DNA of 63,998 bases, the filler included, from Conidiobolus incongruus B7586 (Eukaryota): assembly GCA_000697335.1 (NCBI GenBank). It is 12 parts of 12 records of this genome, joined end to end, with 100 filler letters (N's around TTAATTAATTAA, not from the genome) between each part and the next. Parts side by side here need not be neighbours in the genome. Positions count along the whole stretch, not along the records: positions 36,908 to 46,476 come from JNEM01006755.1; positions 46,577 to 48,566 come from JNEM01006756.1; positions 48,667 to 52,411 come from JNEM01006758.1; positions 52,512 to 54,576 come from JNEM01006759.1; 8 more parts are not named here. One strand, written 5' to 3'. Shown here in pieces: positions 39,900-53,917 of this stretch. Position numbers and translations under genes: made by a program. Within the stretch, counting starts at the first letter, position 1, and every line of letters starts with the position of its first letter. The notes under the pieces were generated by a model. It was not told the DNA's origin and ran no database searches. It saw only the letters and a program-made list of their open reading frames with translations.

Positions 39900-40471
39900 T
39901 GTTACTGTGACAATTGTTATCTAATGAATACCTTCTCTCACTCAGAATTACTATTAAATCACTGATCATCCCAATTAAGCCATATTAATAATCTCAACCA
40001 GTTGTGAATAAGGCTCTAAACCCTTGATATCACAATATCTACATGACCACGCTATTCATCCGTGATAGCCTATTTATGCCAACACTTTCCACTCAGTCCA
40101 AAGGGGGACTTTCTATTCTACTCTACAAATAAACCTTACTTTCCTATTAAAGACCTACTCTCAAACATACTCAAGGAACCACTTATAGCTTCACTTGAGA
40201 CATATTCCATTAGCCGTTCTGCATCTATTCCTATTGATATTTTGTGATTTTGCCTTCTTAGCATGTCAAATCATCACACTGCCACTGCTACTACTGATTT
40301 AGTCGCCCTCTTTAATGCTCCACTCAACAGAAATCATGGTCAGATAGCCAAGGAACTGATCATCGATGGTCTACCTCAGTTTGTAGGCACAATGCTTCAC
40401 AATCTGGCGTACAAAATGGCTATATCAGTATCCTCGATGACGCTCAAGGAGCTAATAACCGTGGCAGTTAC
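39900..40471 (+). mobile_element. Probable solo LTR (~570 bp) between the two P450 3' ends
   Basis: GC-richer island, imperfect inverted ends TGTTACTGTGAC / GTGGCAGTTAC, internal AATAAA, flanks TATAA / TATAT. Confidence 0.45.
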
Positions 40472-40720
40472 TATATTTATAATATATCGATATAATATTT
40501 CTTATCTAACACTCTTACTTAATATAATTTAATTAGTTTGAGCGAAACCTAATATATATTACAAACATTGAAATTATTATATTGAAATATTTGATATGTA
40601 AAAATAGAATTTGATGTTATAAGGTCACTCAATAAAATATGAAATTAATTTTAATGGATTATAATTCTCAATTTATCATTTATTAATAAAAATTATAAAT
40701 GATAATAAGTAAAATTGAAT

Positions 40721-42632
40721 TTAAAAACGAGATTTAAAATGAATTTTTAAATGTTCAGGTTTCAGAATACCACCTGAACTGAGTTGAACTTGGTGATAAT
40801 GTGGGTTATCATTTTGGATAGTTAATTCAAATTTTTGTAAAATCATAGCAATTGTGACACGCTGTTCCATGATTGAAAAGCTGGAGCCGATACCTAAAAA
40901 TAAATGAGGTCATTATAGAATGTTATTTATAATTGCAGTAATTTCTTCACTTACATGTTCTTGCCCCAACAATAAAAGGATGCCAGTTTCGACTTTGATC
41001 ATTAGATAACTCCCCAAAGCGCTTAGGGTTAAATTCATATGGCTTAGGGAAAATGGATGGATTATGGTGAGCTGCCCATAAGTGCAAAAATATATGAGTT
41101 CCTTTTGGCACAATAATTCCGTTGCTGAGTATAAATTTCTCGGTTGTTACGCGTTGTACATTTGAGGCAGTTGTCATAATTCTCATAGATTCCTTGTTGA
41201 CCATGTCCATATATGGAATTTGCTTCAATTGATCAATGGTAGGAATAGTCAACTCTTTTGGATGATTCAAAGCTGTTAAAATTTCATCTCTTAATTTTTG
41301 TTGTATTTCCTATATAAATATATTAGCAATTAATAATATACAAGGTAAATCCATAATGATTACAGGATATCTTGCTAAATAATATAAAGTTGCAGTTAGT
41401 GTATTGGAAGTAGTGTCGTGTCCGGCCAAAATGAATACTTTCACATTTTCCTAAGATATTGTAGTGTTAGTTATAGCGTAATTTACAAGTTTATATAATA
41501 TTCATACCTTAATTTCTTCTTTAGTCAATTTTTCATCCTCTTCCTTATCATTCGATTTTATCAAAGCATTCAGCAAATTATCTTTGTGCTGAAATTTAGG
41601 ATCTTTCATTTCCTTTTTCCTTAGTTTGATAATATTTTCAACAAACTCATTGTACTCATCAATTTTCTTTGATAAAGAAATTCTCCTGATATATGGAATA
41701 TAATCTAAGAAAGGGAAAACTAAATAGTGAGGTTCGTGAAAAATTCTATGAATGATATTATTATAGAGGTTAAATAATCTAGAATTTGGATCTTTCACGC
41801 CCTATAATAAAAGCATGTGAATTGATGTACTCTCGGAATAATTATTGTTATTACTTGGAAGTCGACATCGAAAATCGCTCGGCCTAAGACGTCCAAGGTC
41901 ATTCTAGAAAACGAATTGTTAATATTAAATACTACATCTTTCAGATACTCTATTACCTTTGAATCAATTCATCAACCTGGATACTTTTATCTTGCTTTCT
42001 CTCCCAAGCCTCAATCAACTCTTTCGCACAATTGCCAAACAATTCAGTGGACCAAGTTTTATGAAATATAGGGTTCATAACCTTACGGTGTTTTTTCCAT
42101 TCCTAAATGATAGGATAAATAAAGAATATATTATACGAAGTTAATTAATACCTGACCATTAGTACTTGCTACAGTATTTTTACCAATAAATTTGATTAAA
42201 TTTATATTGAATGATTTGAATGATTGTTTTGGTTTGACAAAAATTTCTATTAATCAGTTAAATAAATAACATGTACTTTTAATTAACTGCTTATAATACC
42301 TGGTTTGTTGAATATTTCCTTGTTAATTAATGGATCGCCTACAAATAAGGTCCATCCGGTAATAGTAAATACCTAAATTTAAATACTGTATATTAAGATT
42401 TGTCGATATAATTTATAGTTATAAAGCATACTCTAATCACTCCATATTTATTGAAATATGGCTGAAAATATTTTTCCATCTTTTGATTGAAAGGTTCTCG
42501 GGACAATTGAAACACAAAATGGGTCCAAATGGGAAGCGCTGGTACATCTCTCAACTCTTTGGGACATCTAAGATAACCATACAACTCATAGACACAATAA
42601 AAAACAGCTGATGCAACAATATATTGGATCAT
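40721..42632 (-). CDS. Cytochrome P450, 490 aa, 9 exons (42632-42432, 42372-42300, 42246-42152, 42102-41957, 41903-41855, 41801-41508, 41450-41364, 41309-40955, 40893-40721)
   Basis: Splicing by hand at GT-AG gives one open frame with an N-terminal anchor, WxxxR (WKKHR), AGHDTT, ExxR (ESMR), PKRF and FIVGARTCIG. The heme Cys codon is split by intron 8. Confidence 0.93.
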
Positions 42633-43354
42633 GTTTGAAATCAAATACTATAACAATCAATAAGTAATAGGAGTGGTATTTATACTCCAATTATTCTTAT
42701 TATATTTTACAATAAATTAGTATTTGATTCCGTATAGTTTGTATTTAAAATGTTTTAAGATTACCCGAGATGTATGTCAAAATTCATTATAACATCTGGA
42801 TAAAAGGGTTTAGCAGCTCATAAATTATTGAGAAATATAATAGCATTTATTATATTATTAAGTTTATATTCTATTCATTTTAAAACCAGTAGCTATGTAA
42901 TAAAATATTGGTTTGATACTATAAATAATCAATTTGATTATATTATTAACCAAGAATAATATATTTCGTTACCTTTAGCTTTTTGGTATTAAAATATCAA
43001 AAACATTCTATGTTCAAATATGTATAACAATTTCAACTATATTTTGAATATTTTGATCGCTACACAAATGTTAAGTATTACCCGAACATCACTAGATAAA
43101 TATATTTCAATAATAATCAGGGGAAAAAGTATAATGATTAATAAATCCATTTTATTTTATAAAAATTGATCCGAAAATTATCTGTCAATATTTAATGAAA
43201 TCTCAATTCTTTATACCTTTTCAAACATTTTCTATCCTTTTCATAATTAATAATATTTTAATTTTACCCTTTTGAAATAGAATTATTTAATTAAACTTAT
43301 TATATCTATATACTTTACTATTATCAAATTAAATTTTAAATTATTTAATAATAT

Positions 43355-43687
43355 TGCCACGTATCAGGTGACTCCTTTCTACCCAAGTATCCTTACATCA
43401 ACCTAATGTTAAAGTCATTTCCCCCTCACATACCATTTGCCTCCGCTCTATCTTCTAATTGGCCGATGACGCAAGTCACCAGAGAATTTCATAAATCACC
43501 TTACCCAACACACTCTATATAAAATCCGGAATTAGAGCTATCCTCAGCAGGAAGCGTTTGATCTGGTCCTCTCAGCTATTTGACTTAAACCAATAAACTC
43601 CCTATCTCCCTATTACTTACCTGATATTCCCCTGATCTCTTTCTTTTACTTAAACTACTCTGGACATAGCTTTCCCAAGACGTGTTA
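43355..43687. mobile_element. Solo LTR, family LTR1 (333 bp), ~720 bp upstream of the P450 ATG
   Basis: TGCCACG..CGTGTTA termini and ATAT TSD. Confidence 0.8.
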
Positions 43688-45791
43688 ATATAATATGGAT
43701 AAAATATTCAAGACAATTAGGAACCAATTTATAAAAAATAATAACATTTTCAATTTTTTATTGTTCTCATTTTATCAGGTTATAAAAATTAATTTTGAAG
43801 ATAATTTTCAGAGTTAAATTTTTTTTCGGAAAAATATATTAACAGATAGATGGTAAAAACAATTTCAATTTAACTATTAAAATTATATGGAACAAAGGAC
43901 AAGAATTAACCAGTTAATAATAATACCTTAAATATCAATTTTTTCATAGTTGAAAATAATTCTATTTAAGAAAGGTATCAACCAATAAAATTCAAATAAT
44001 TTCCCAATTCATAACTAAAAAAAGATTTAAAAATTATTATTTTTTCTTTGGGATAATATACGGAAAAACTCTTTATAATCAAATTTTTTAAACATTAAAT
44101 ATAATCTTAAGTATATATTGAAATTTTAAATTTAAATGAAATTTTCAAAAATTTTTTATCATTGATTGAAAAAAAGATTGGATATGATTACCAATTATTG
44201 AAAAGCTTTTGTTTAATTGGCATGATTGAAGTGTAATTAATCTTTCAATCGAATTATGATGTTTTATCAATAAGTGGTTTGTTAGAAATATTTAATAGAA
44301 AATTGTAACATAATTTTGAGACTAGAGGTTATATTATTCTATTAATACTCCTAAGCATATTTGCTTATTTAAGAATTATCATATGAATGTAAAATGTTAC
44401 TGAATAAAGTATTCAAAAATATAAAATGATTGATTATTCTATATTTAGCTTTTAATATATCAATTTTATTAAGCAATTTATAATTTTTATATTAGTTTCA
44501 AAATTTATTTATCAAATATCCAACTCCCTAAATAACCTTTTATAAATATGGTAATTGATTATTTTTTAAATATCTATTTTCAAATTCTATATCTAATAAT
44601 TCTATCTTAACCTTAATTCACTAAAAAAGCTTATAATTTTATAAAATAATTAATCATTAACAATATATATAATGCTACATACATATTGATAAGTTTATAA
44701 TACTCTTTATTAAAATATGTAAGATTTTTATAAATTTATCAATTAGGATATTTTGAGATAGATTATTGATTAATGATAATAATATGTAAAGAAATCATAT
44801 ATCAGACTTTGGAGCCATTAAATATTAAAAGATATAATTAGATTTATATAGGCTTATATATTTTAATTTAAATCTTGAACTATTATCAATATAATATTAT
44901 ATCAAATATACCAATTCTTAGTTTACTAAAGATTTGAAATTATTTTTATACCTGAATATTAATTTGTTAAAAGATTATTAAATTAAGGAATTAAAAATAA
45001 TAAATAATAATTATTTACTTAATAAAATTCAAAAATATTAAAAATACACAAAGAACTATTTGGATTAAATATATAATCATAATTTTACTTTTATTTATCA
45101 CTAATTTATATTTATCAGTTGATAATTATATCTATATGATTCAGATTCTTTTTATCTTTTATTTAATTAATATAATTAAGTTGATATTATTTTATATTCA
45201 GATTATTTTAAATTATTGAATATATTCAAAAATTGTTATATTATAATATAGCATAAATATAAAGGAGAATTAATTTGTATTGAAAATACTAAATATGTAT
45301 ATATATTTGATCTAAATAAATTTTAACCTTATTATTAATAATATTTTAGAATAATTCTAATATATTTTATATCTTAATATAGCCAAAGTTTAAAATCAAA
45401 AAATCTAGAATAATTATCTCAAAATTAGTTGATTTTATAATAAATTTTATTATAGCACCCTATCCAAATTATTAAAGTTAATTTCAAAAATTAATAAATA
45501 TTAAGCTAAAGATAATTTGATAAAATTGCTGTTACTAATATTTATTAACACAATTAAATTTTTCAAAGAAAAAATTAAAAAATATTTAAATATTTTATTT
45601 TATTAAATATATTATAGTTATAATTTAAATATATTTTGTTCTATTAATTGATAACCAATATTATAACTTATATTTGTAGTTAATTTAATATTTATTGATT
45701 CCAAAATTAAAACATTTATGATTAAACTAATTATAGAGTATATTTGGATTTAGAATATTAATTAACAAATAAATTCAATAGGTTATAATAA

Positions 45792-46228
45792 TAATGGGGA
45801 ATAATCTTGTCCATGACTCAAGAAACTTTGATAATTATATTAATACAAGAAGATATATTAAAAGTATCTCATTTTATTAATTAGTTTAACTTAGCACTTT
45901 TTACCTAAAATTATTTATAGCCACCAAAACTCAATAATTGAAATTATTATAAGATTATTATAAGCTAATCAATAAATTTATCTTTTTATCTTTATTTTCA
46001 AAAGTATCTAGTCTCTAAGTTTTTCTTATAATATTTATAAAAAATATTAAATTGTGGCAAATATGAGATATTTACTTTATTCAAAGAATTTAATTTGCAA
46101 TTAATTATTTTCACCTAATTTTTGAATCTTTTTAATTTCCTTTAATATTATAATAATCTATTATTTACCACTAATGATTCCCTGTTTAAGCTCTAAAAGA
46201 CTACTTTCTTTTATAATTATAGCTTTCA
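45792..46228 (+). mobile_element. Solo LTR, family LTR2, heavily mutated
   Basis: Colinear with the other two copies. TA(=TG)..CA ends and TSD ATAA. Confidence 0.75.
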
Positions 46229-48898
46229 ATAAATACTCAAATATTTATGTTAATAAAATATTAATAAGTTTTATAATAATTAAAATAATTTATTATTATT
46301 GAAAGAAATAATTAAATATATAATATATATTATATATTATATAATATTTATCTATTTAAAATTAATTTAATATATTTCTTAATATTATATAAAAATAAGA
46401 ATTTACTAATAATTAAATTCTTATCTAGTTTTTTTTAATTAGTTTATTTTTCAAAATATTAAAATACCATTATTGGNNNNNNNNNNNNNNNNNNNNNNNN
46501 NNNNNNNNNNNNNNNNNNNNTTAATTAATTAANNNNNNNNNNNNNNNNNNNNNNNNNNNNNNNNNNNNNNNNNNNNATAAAATATAATAAAATAATATAA
46601 GAAGGTAAATAAAGTCTGATTAAGTTTTAAATTTAAATAAGTCACTAATATATTAAGATTTATATTAAATATTGTTAATATATTATATTATTCATAAAAT
46701 ATAATCTTAATTTTAAAATAATGGGAAATTAAGAAATAATAAAAATTGAAAGAAAAAAAAACTTAATTTATTAAATAATTTAATATTAGTTATATTATTA
46801 ATTTTATTATAAAAATATAAATTAGTTATATAATTTATAGCTAATTTAATTATTTAACAATATATATAAAAAATTAAAAAATTAGTTTATTAATTTTCCC
46901 TTAATAAATCTTTTAAAAATACTGACTTCTTAGATTTTTACAAATAAATATAAAAAATTAAGATATTTGTAATATTTTCTAAAGGTTTTTAAATAGCTTT
47001 TTGAATAAAATAATTTATTTATTTTATTTAAAAATAAACTTTATCCTTAATAGATTTAAATTTGATTAAATAATTAATATAATATTTTCCTTTTTAACTA
47101 TAAAGCTTTTAATTCTAAAGATTTTAATTTATTAAAAAATATATTAAAATCTTCAAAATAAGGTTTGATTTTTGATATATAAAAGGTAAAGTTAATCTTT
47201 AAAACTAGAGGTAATTCTAAGATAATATTTTTAAAATTCAAATCAATAAATTAAGTTTTCCAAAGATTATAATATAATAATAAGTATTTTAGATTTAACC
47301 TGGATTTAAATAAGATAAGTTTAAAAGTAGATTATGTTAAATCAATAAATATACTAGTTATATATTTAACAAGATTTCCAAATAGCTTTAAGTATTATTA
47401 TTTTACAATCTTTTAATTTTTTTAAATTAAATTTAACAAGGGAATTAATTTACTTGATATTAAACTAAAATTCAATAATATTTAAAAATAAATTACTTTA
47501 TAATTTTAGAGTAATTATTAATTATGATAAATATTATAATTAATGAAATAAAGGCTAAATCCTGTTGATTTATAAACAAAGATGATAAATAAATATTAAA
47601 GTTAATAGATATACATATCTTAATTTATTCGATTAATGTTAATAAAAACTTTAATTATTTGTATTAAGATTTTAATGATTTTTTTATTAAGCTTATTAGT
47701 TTAGTAATAATTAATAATAAATATAGCTAGATTATTTTTAAGGGAAGAAGATAATAACTTTGATAATTAAATAATAAATCATATATCTTTATCTAATACA
47801 ATAGAGGATAAAATTTTATAATAAGTAAAAATATTAAAAAATAATAATTATATAATATCATTAATTATAAAAGTTTTGAAACAAAGAATAAAATAAAGAT
47901 TTTTAAAAAATAAATAAATGATAATTAATAAGTTATTATAGCCATTTGTTGATTTAATAATTTTTATAAAATTAAATTAGATTTGTTATTAAATTTTATT
48001 TAAAACTTATAAGGGAATAAATTTACCATATTTTAATTAAATATTATATTTAATCCTTTAGTGTATATTATAAGTATTTATATATCTTTAAATTAATTTA
48101 ATTAAAAAAAATTAATAATATCTTATTTTAGTTGTTTTATTAGTTTTTAACTAATTTTAATATTTTCTAATAAGTAAATTATAAAACTTATTTAATATTA
48201 CTTATCAAATTATAAAAAAATTAAGAATATATAAGCAATTATTATAATATAATAAATAATCAATAAGCTGAACTTTTCTATCATATTTTAATTAGATTTC
48301 TAATAATTTAAAGAGTTTTTCTTTAATTAAAATAAAGTAATCATTATTTGATAATGATTTTTAAAATAGTTTGATAAATTCTTTATTTTTTATTAAATAA
48401 TTATTTAGTTAATATTTGCTAGATTATTAGAATTAAAATAAAAGGATAAATATGTAAGGTTTATTAACAAAGTATCTATGATATAATTTTAATAATCAAA
48501 AAATTTTTAAATAAAAAATGATAAGATTAGATAGTTTTAATTTATTTAATTTATTTTATTAATAAANNNNNNNNNNNNNNNNNNNNNNNNNNNNNNNNNN
48601 NNNNNNNNNNTTAATTAATTAANNNNNNNNNNNNNNNNNNNNNNNNNNNNNNNNNNNNNNNNNNNNAATTTGAATGAAATAAATTATAGATAAGATTTAA
48701 AATAGCAATAATTAGGTTTGATACAGACAGTTATTAATATCTAGTAGGTTTTTAATAGTTTTGTTGCTGCTACCATATAAGTGTAGTGGTAGTTAAACTA
48801 ATATAGTGCAGAGGAAGACTTAATATAAAAGTAGTGTGGTGTAGAACATGGTAATATAATGTGGCTGTAGTGTGCAAGTGTAAACAAAGTTTAATTAA

Positions 48899-49173
48899 GC
48901 TTCGAACTAGGATGAGTCACCGATATATTAAGATTTATATTAGGTAGTGCTAATATCCTATAATATTGACAGAATATAGTCTCAATCTTAGAAATAGTGT
49001 AAAAGTAAAAATAGTAAGAATTGAGAGGAAAAAGAGGAACCTAGTTTATTAGATAATTTAATACTATTTATACAATTAATTTAATTACATAAGTATAAAT
49101 TAATCATATAATTTATAGTTAATTGGATTATATAAAAGTATATATAAGAATTTAGAGAACTAGTCTCTTAACA
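48899..49173 (-). mobile_element. Probable 5' LTR (48926-49173) followed by a PBS-like sequence
   Basis: 8-bp inverted ends TGTTAAGA / TCTTAATA and AATAAA with a pyrimidine tract. It is followed by TATCGGTGACTCATCCTAGTTCGAA, whose complement resembles a tRNA 3' end. Confidence 0.5.
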
Positions 49174-49237
49174 AATATAATAAAATAAAATAATAATTTT
49201 GAAATATTGAATTTTAGTTTAAAAAATATTATATGTA

Positions 49238-50812
49238 TATTAACTTGTAAAAATAAGTTATAAAATCAAAATCACTTCTATTTTTATTAATAACTTAATT
49301 AATATTTAATAAAATAAACCAAAATTAAATAATTAAAATCTATTATATTTATCAATTATATATATCATTAAATGATAATATTTAGGTATTAATGAGCTAA
49401 AATATAAACCTTTAAATTTTATCTAAGGTGAGTTATAAATTTGTAGGTTTTTGGTGATAAAAAAAAATTAAAACCTAATGTAACTACCTTTAGCTTTTTT
49501 AACTACTTTAAGTTTGTGGGGTATAGAATCAATTAACTTCTTAAACTAAAAAAGGTTAATCTTGTTCTATACTTCTTAAATATATTCTTAAAGTTGATTT
49601 AAATCTTTTGCTAGGGGAAAATTTTAATAGCTTTTTTTAACTGATCCTAAAGGTATTTAATTAAATTAAAAGTTAAGAGATTAAAGAAACTACTTTATAA
49701 TTATTATCTTGTTATTTTTAAGCTATTTGGTAATAAAAGTTATAGTATAGCAAAAGGTATTATCTTGTTAGAAAATAATATTAGATTTGTTTAACCTATA
49801 TTATTCAATTATTTTTTTTAATTTATTGTTTAGAATACTTTAATATATTTTAATATTTAAAACCCCTATTAACTTTACAAAGATACCTTACACTTAAAGA
49901 CAATATATATCCTTAAATAATAATTAACCTATTATTATACTTTTGGGTAGAATTAATATGATGGTTATAAAGTAATTCTTTTTTTTTTCTAAAGTATCTA
50001 ACTTTTTAATTAAATCAATTAAAATATATTTTTGTTTTATTAGATTAAATAACCTTATTCTAATTAGTTTTAGTTTAATATTAATAGTGACATTTAAACT
50101 CTTGTCTAGCTTTACAATGGGATTTCTTTAGTTAAAGGTGTTTTTTGTTAAAATATAAATGGTATTTATGCTAATATAAAATATATATAATAGTATTAAT
50201 ATTAACTAATATTCTTATATACTCTCATAATTCTTGTTATATTACTATAGTAGTATTATACTTGCTTGTATTAATTAACCTATAAATATACTTCTTATTA
50301 TATTTATCTATAATCTTAAAACACTTAAGTTTAGGTTTAAATGTTTCTTTATTACTATTCTTAATAGTTTTAACTATAGTAGACTAACTAACACTAGTAA
50401 TTCTAACAATATCATAAGTTGATTTACTTTTTTTATAAAGTTAATTGATACATAAGTAGATTTTTTTAGAGAGGGATTTAGGTATAATAATATTAATAAA
50501 AAAAATTTCATATATCTGTAAAAATATTATATCAAATAATAACAAAGAGAGAAAAAAGATATGGTTATATATTATTAAATATATCCCCTTATCTCAGAAA
50601 CCTATAAATTTATAACTTATCTTAGTTAAATATTAAGGGTTAATATTTTTATTAATAGTTTACTAAATATATCTAAATATATTTATTTATTATTAAATAA
50701 TATACCTTAATTATATATTATAGTTTCAAGTAATCTAATATATATAATTGTTTTAGTTATTAATTAAAATATATATATTTTTGATTTTATAACTTACTTT
50801 TGTGAGTTAGTG
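49238..50812 (-). mobile_element. Full-length decayed Tc1-like transposon
   Basis: IR/DR termini and TA flanks; close relative of 24314-25886. Confidence 0.88.
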
Positions 50813-52373
50813 TATTAAATCATAAAAGTAAGTTATTAAATTAAAAATATAAATATTTCTATTAATATATAATTAATTTTAATTTAAATAAATTAATATT
50901 AAATTATGTAATTAATATATAATTTTTATTTATAATATAATATATAAAATTAAATTTAATTAATTATTAATTGATATATTAAAACTAAAATTATATCTAA
51001 GATAAGTTATAAATTTGTGGGTTTTAGTATTAATAGAAAAATTAATATCTAGTATATCTATCTTTTACTTTTTTAACCTCTTTAAGTTTATGAGGTATAG
51101 AGTAAATTAGCTTATTATATTAAGCAAAACTAATACTATTTAAAGCCTCTTGAATATACTCTTAAAGTTGATTTAAATTTTTATTTAAAGGAAAGCTTTA
51201 ATTAATTATTTTTAAATAATCTTAAGGATATTAAATTATGTTATAATTAAAAGATTAAAGAAATTATTTTAAAATATTTATTTTATTATTTTCTAAGCTT
51301 ATTATTAATAAAGTATATAGTATAACAAAAGGTATTATCTTGTTGGAAAATAATGTTTGATTTATTTAACCTATATTACTCAATAGTTTTTTTCAATTTA
51401 TTGTTTAAAATACTTTAATATATTTTAGTATTAATTCCCCTATTAACTTTATAAAGCTATCTTATACCTTAAGATAATATATATCCTTAAATTATAATTA
51501 ACCTATTATTATATTTTTGTGTTATAATAACATAATGGTCATAAAATAATTTTTTATCTTTTTTGAAATATCTAATTCTTTTATTAAATTTATTACAATA
51601 TATCTTTATTTTAATAAATTAAATAACTACATTTTAGTTAGTTTTGGTTCAACTTTAATATTGATATTTAAACCCCCATTTAATCTTATAATAAGACTTC
51701 TTTAATTAAGGATGTTTTTTCTTAGAATATAAATGATATCAATTCTAGTATAAAGCATATATAATAGTATTAATATTAACTAATATTTTTATATAGTTTT
51801 ATAATTTTTATTGTATTTCTATAAAAAATCTCACTTACTTATATTAACTAATCTATAAATATATTTTTCATCATATTTATCTATAGTTTTAATACACTTA
51901 AATTTTAATTTAAATTTTTTTTAATATTATTCTTAATAACCTTACTTAAAATAAATTAGCTAATATTAGTAATTCTAGCAATTTCAAAAGTTAATTTATT
52001 TTCATTATGAAGTTAATTAATATATAAAAAAACTTTGTAGAGAGAGATTTAGGTATTATAATATTAATTTTAAAATATTAGCTTAATAATTTCATAATAT
52101 TTATAGTATAACAAAAAAAAGATATATATAAGCTTTATTATCTATACCTTTTTAACTTATAAAACCATAAATTTATAACTCATATTGATTAAATTGTATG
52201 TTTTAATTTATTAACCAATAGTTAATAAAATATAATCAAATTTAGTTAATTATAATCAATTAATATAGGTATATTGTATATTTTAATTTAAATTTATTTA
52301 ATTAAGAGCTATTTAAGATATAAGGTAATATAAAAGTAATTTTGATTTTATGACTTACTTTTATAGGCTAGTA
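50813..52373 (-). mobile_element. Full-length decayed Tc1-like transposon abutting the previous copy
   Basis: IR/DR termini. Intact TTCCAACAAGATAAT (FQQDN) on the minus strand at ~51335. Confidence 0.85.
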
Positions 52374-52511
52374 TATATTATCATTTAAATATATAAATCT
52401 ATTTATTATATNNNNNNNNNNNNNNNNNNNNNNNNNNNNNNNNNNNNNNNNNNNNTTAATTAATTAANNNNNNNNNNNNNNNNNNNNNNNNNNNNNNNNN
52501 NNNNNNNNNNN

Positions 52512-53545
52512 TTTATTATTTATATATTTTTTTTATATAAATAAATTCTTTATATATTTAAAATAGCTATAATTTTATAATTTATAATCTGAAAAATATA
52601 TTAGATATAGAAATTTTTTTTTAAATATTTTTAATTAAAAAGTTTTAAAAATTTTAGCTTTATATGTCATATAATTATAATATAAAATATTAGGTTTTTT
52701 AATTATATTCCAAATATTAACCAGCAAAAATTTTAATTCAAAATTACATTTAGTTTATTATTAATTATTTTTTTATTTTTAATAGGAATAATATATATAA
52801 AGATAATATTGTATAATATGTAATATTTATTTATAAATAAAAGATTAATATAATGGAATTAATAAAAAGGATTAACCTAACTTAATTTAATATCTTGATT
52901 TTTATTTGAATAAAAGTTTAAATAAAGGGATTGAATAATTATTAATAGTCATAGTTTGTTATAAAGCTTTAATTTTTAACTATATTTTAATATGTTTTAT
53001 TTAGTAATAATTATCCTGGTATTTTTAAAAAATAGTTAAATTATAAAATATTTATATGATTAATATTAAAGTGTTTTAATAATATTATTAACTTAAATTA
53101 AAAGGTATTTTTCAATATATTTTTTAATTTTACACTTATTAAAAAATAATAGTTAAAATTAATCATTTTAATTTTATTAAAATATAAAAAACTTTTTTTA
53201 ACTCTAAAATAATTTACCTAGCATTAAATGGTTGATTTAAATAATATATCATTATTAAAACTTGTTTGTGAATTTTAAATAATTTTAGAGGGTTTATGAT
53301 TAAGTTTTACCAATATTAAAATTAAAAACTTTTGATAATTACTATTTTAAATAATATCAAATTAAATAATAAATTAAAAAAAATTAATTATTTGAACATA
53401 AAGGCTATTAGAAAATTATATATATACAAAATTTAAAGCTATATATTTCCAATTTTATTTTGTATATATTTTAATATTTGACATTAATAATATGTTTGAA
53501 AAATTGGAAATTTTTTAATTTCCTATTTTTTAAATCCAACTTAAC
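52512..53545 (-). mobile_element. Decayed mariner fragment
   Basis: Family-A HTH-region sequence and a decayed 5' TIR ending about 370 bp upstream of the BCP1 ATG. Confidence 0.7.
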
Positions 53546-53917
53546 AATTCCCCTTATGGCATTATATTGAAACCAAATCTGAAATATAATATAAATAACT
53601 ATGACCAATAAAATAGTAGTATGAATAATCAAACACAATAATCACAGTATAAATAAGTCTAATAAGAGGCTGTTATATGATATTCTAGAATTTATAATGA
53701 TCTATTATTTTAATATATTGAATGAATATTAATCAATTGATGGATGGTTGAAATGCTTATTTTAGAATTCAAGTGAAATTTAAATTTAATTTTGCTATTA
53801 TTTATTCATCACATAATTCTAATTTATTCAAACTTCACTATTCAATTCTAAAATTCAATGATCATATTCATTGAATAAATCAATTAAATAGATCACAAAT
53901 ATATAATAATACTAACA

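Noticed and set aside
19333..42632. Peptide precursor plus P450 as one biosynthetic gene cluster
   Set aside because: They are 20 kb and four gaps apart, and the P450 belongs to a locally duplicated family. No linkage evidence beyond proximity.
48899..48925. tRNA gene suggested by TTCGAA..CACC
   Set aside because: No cloverleaf or matching 5' half. Its position next to an LTR end fits a primer-binding site better.
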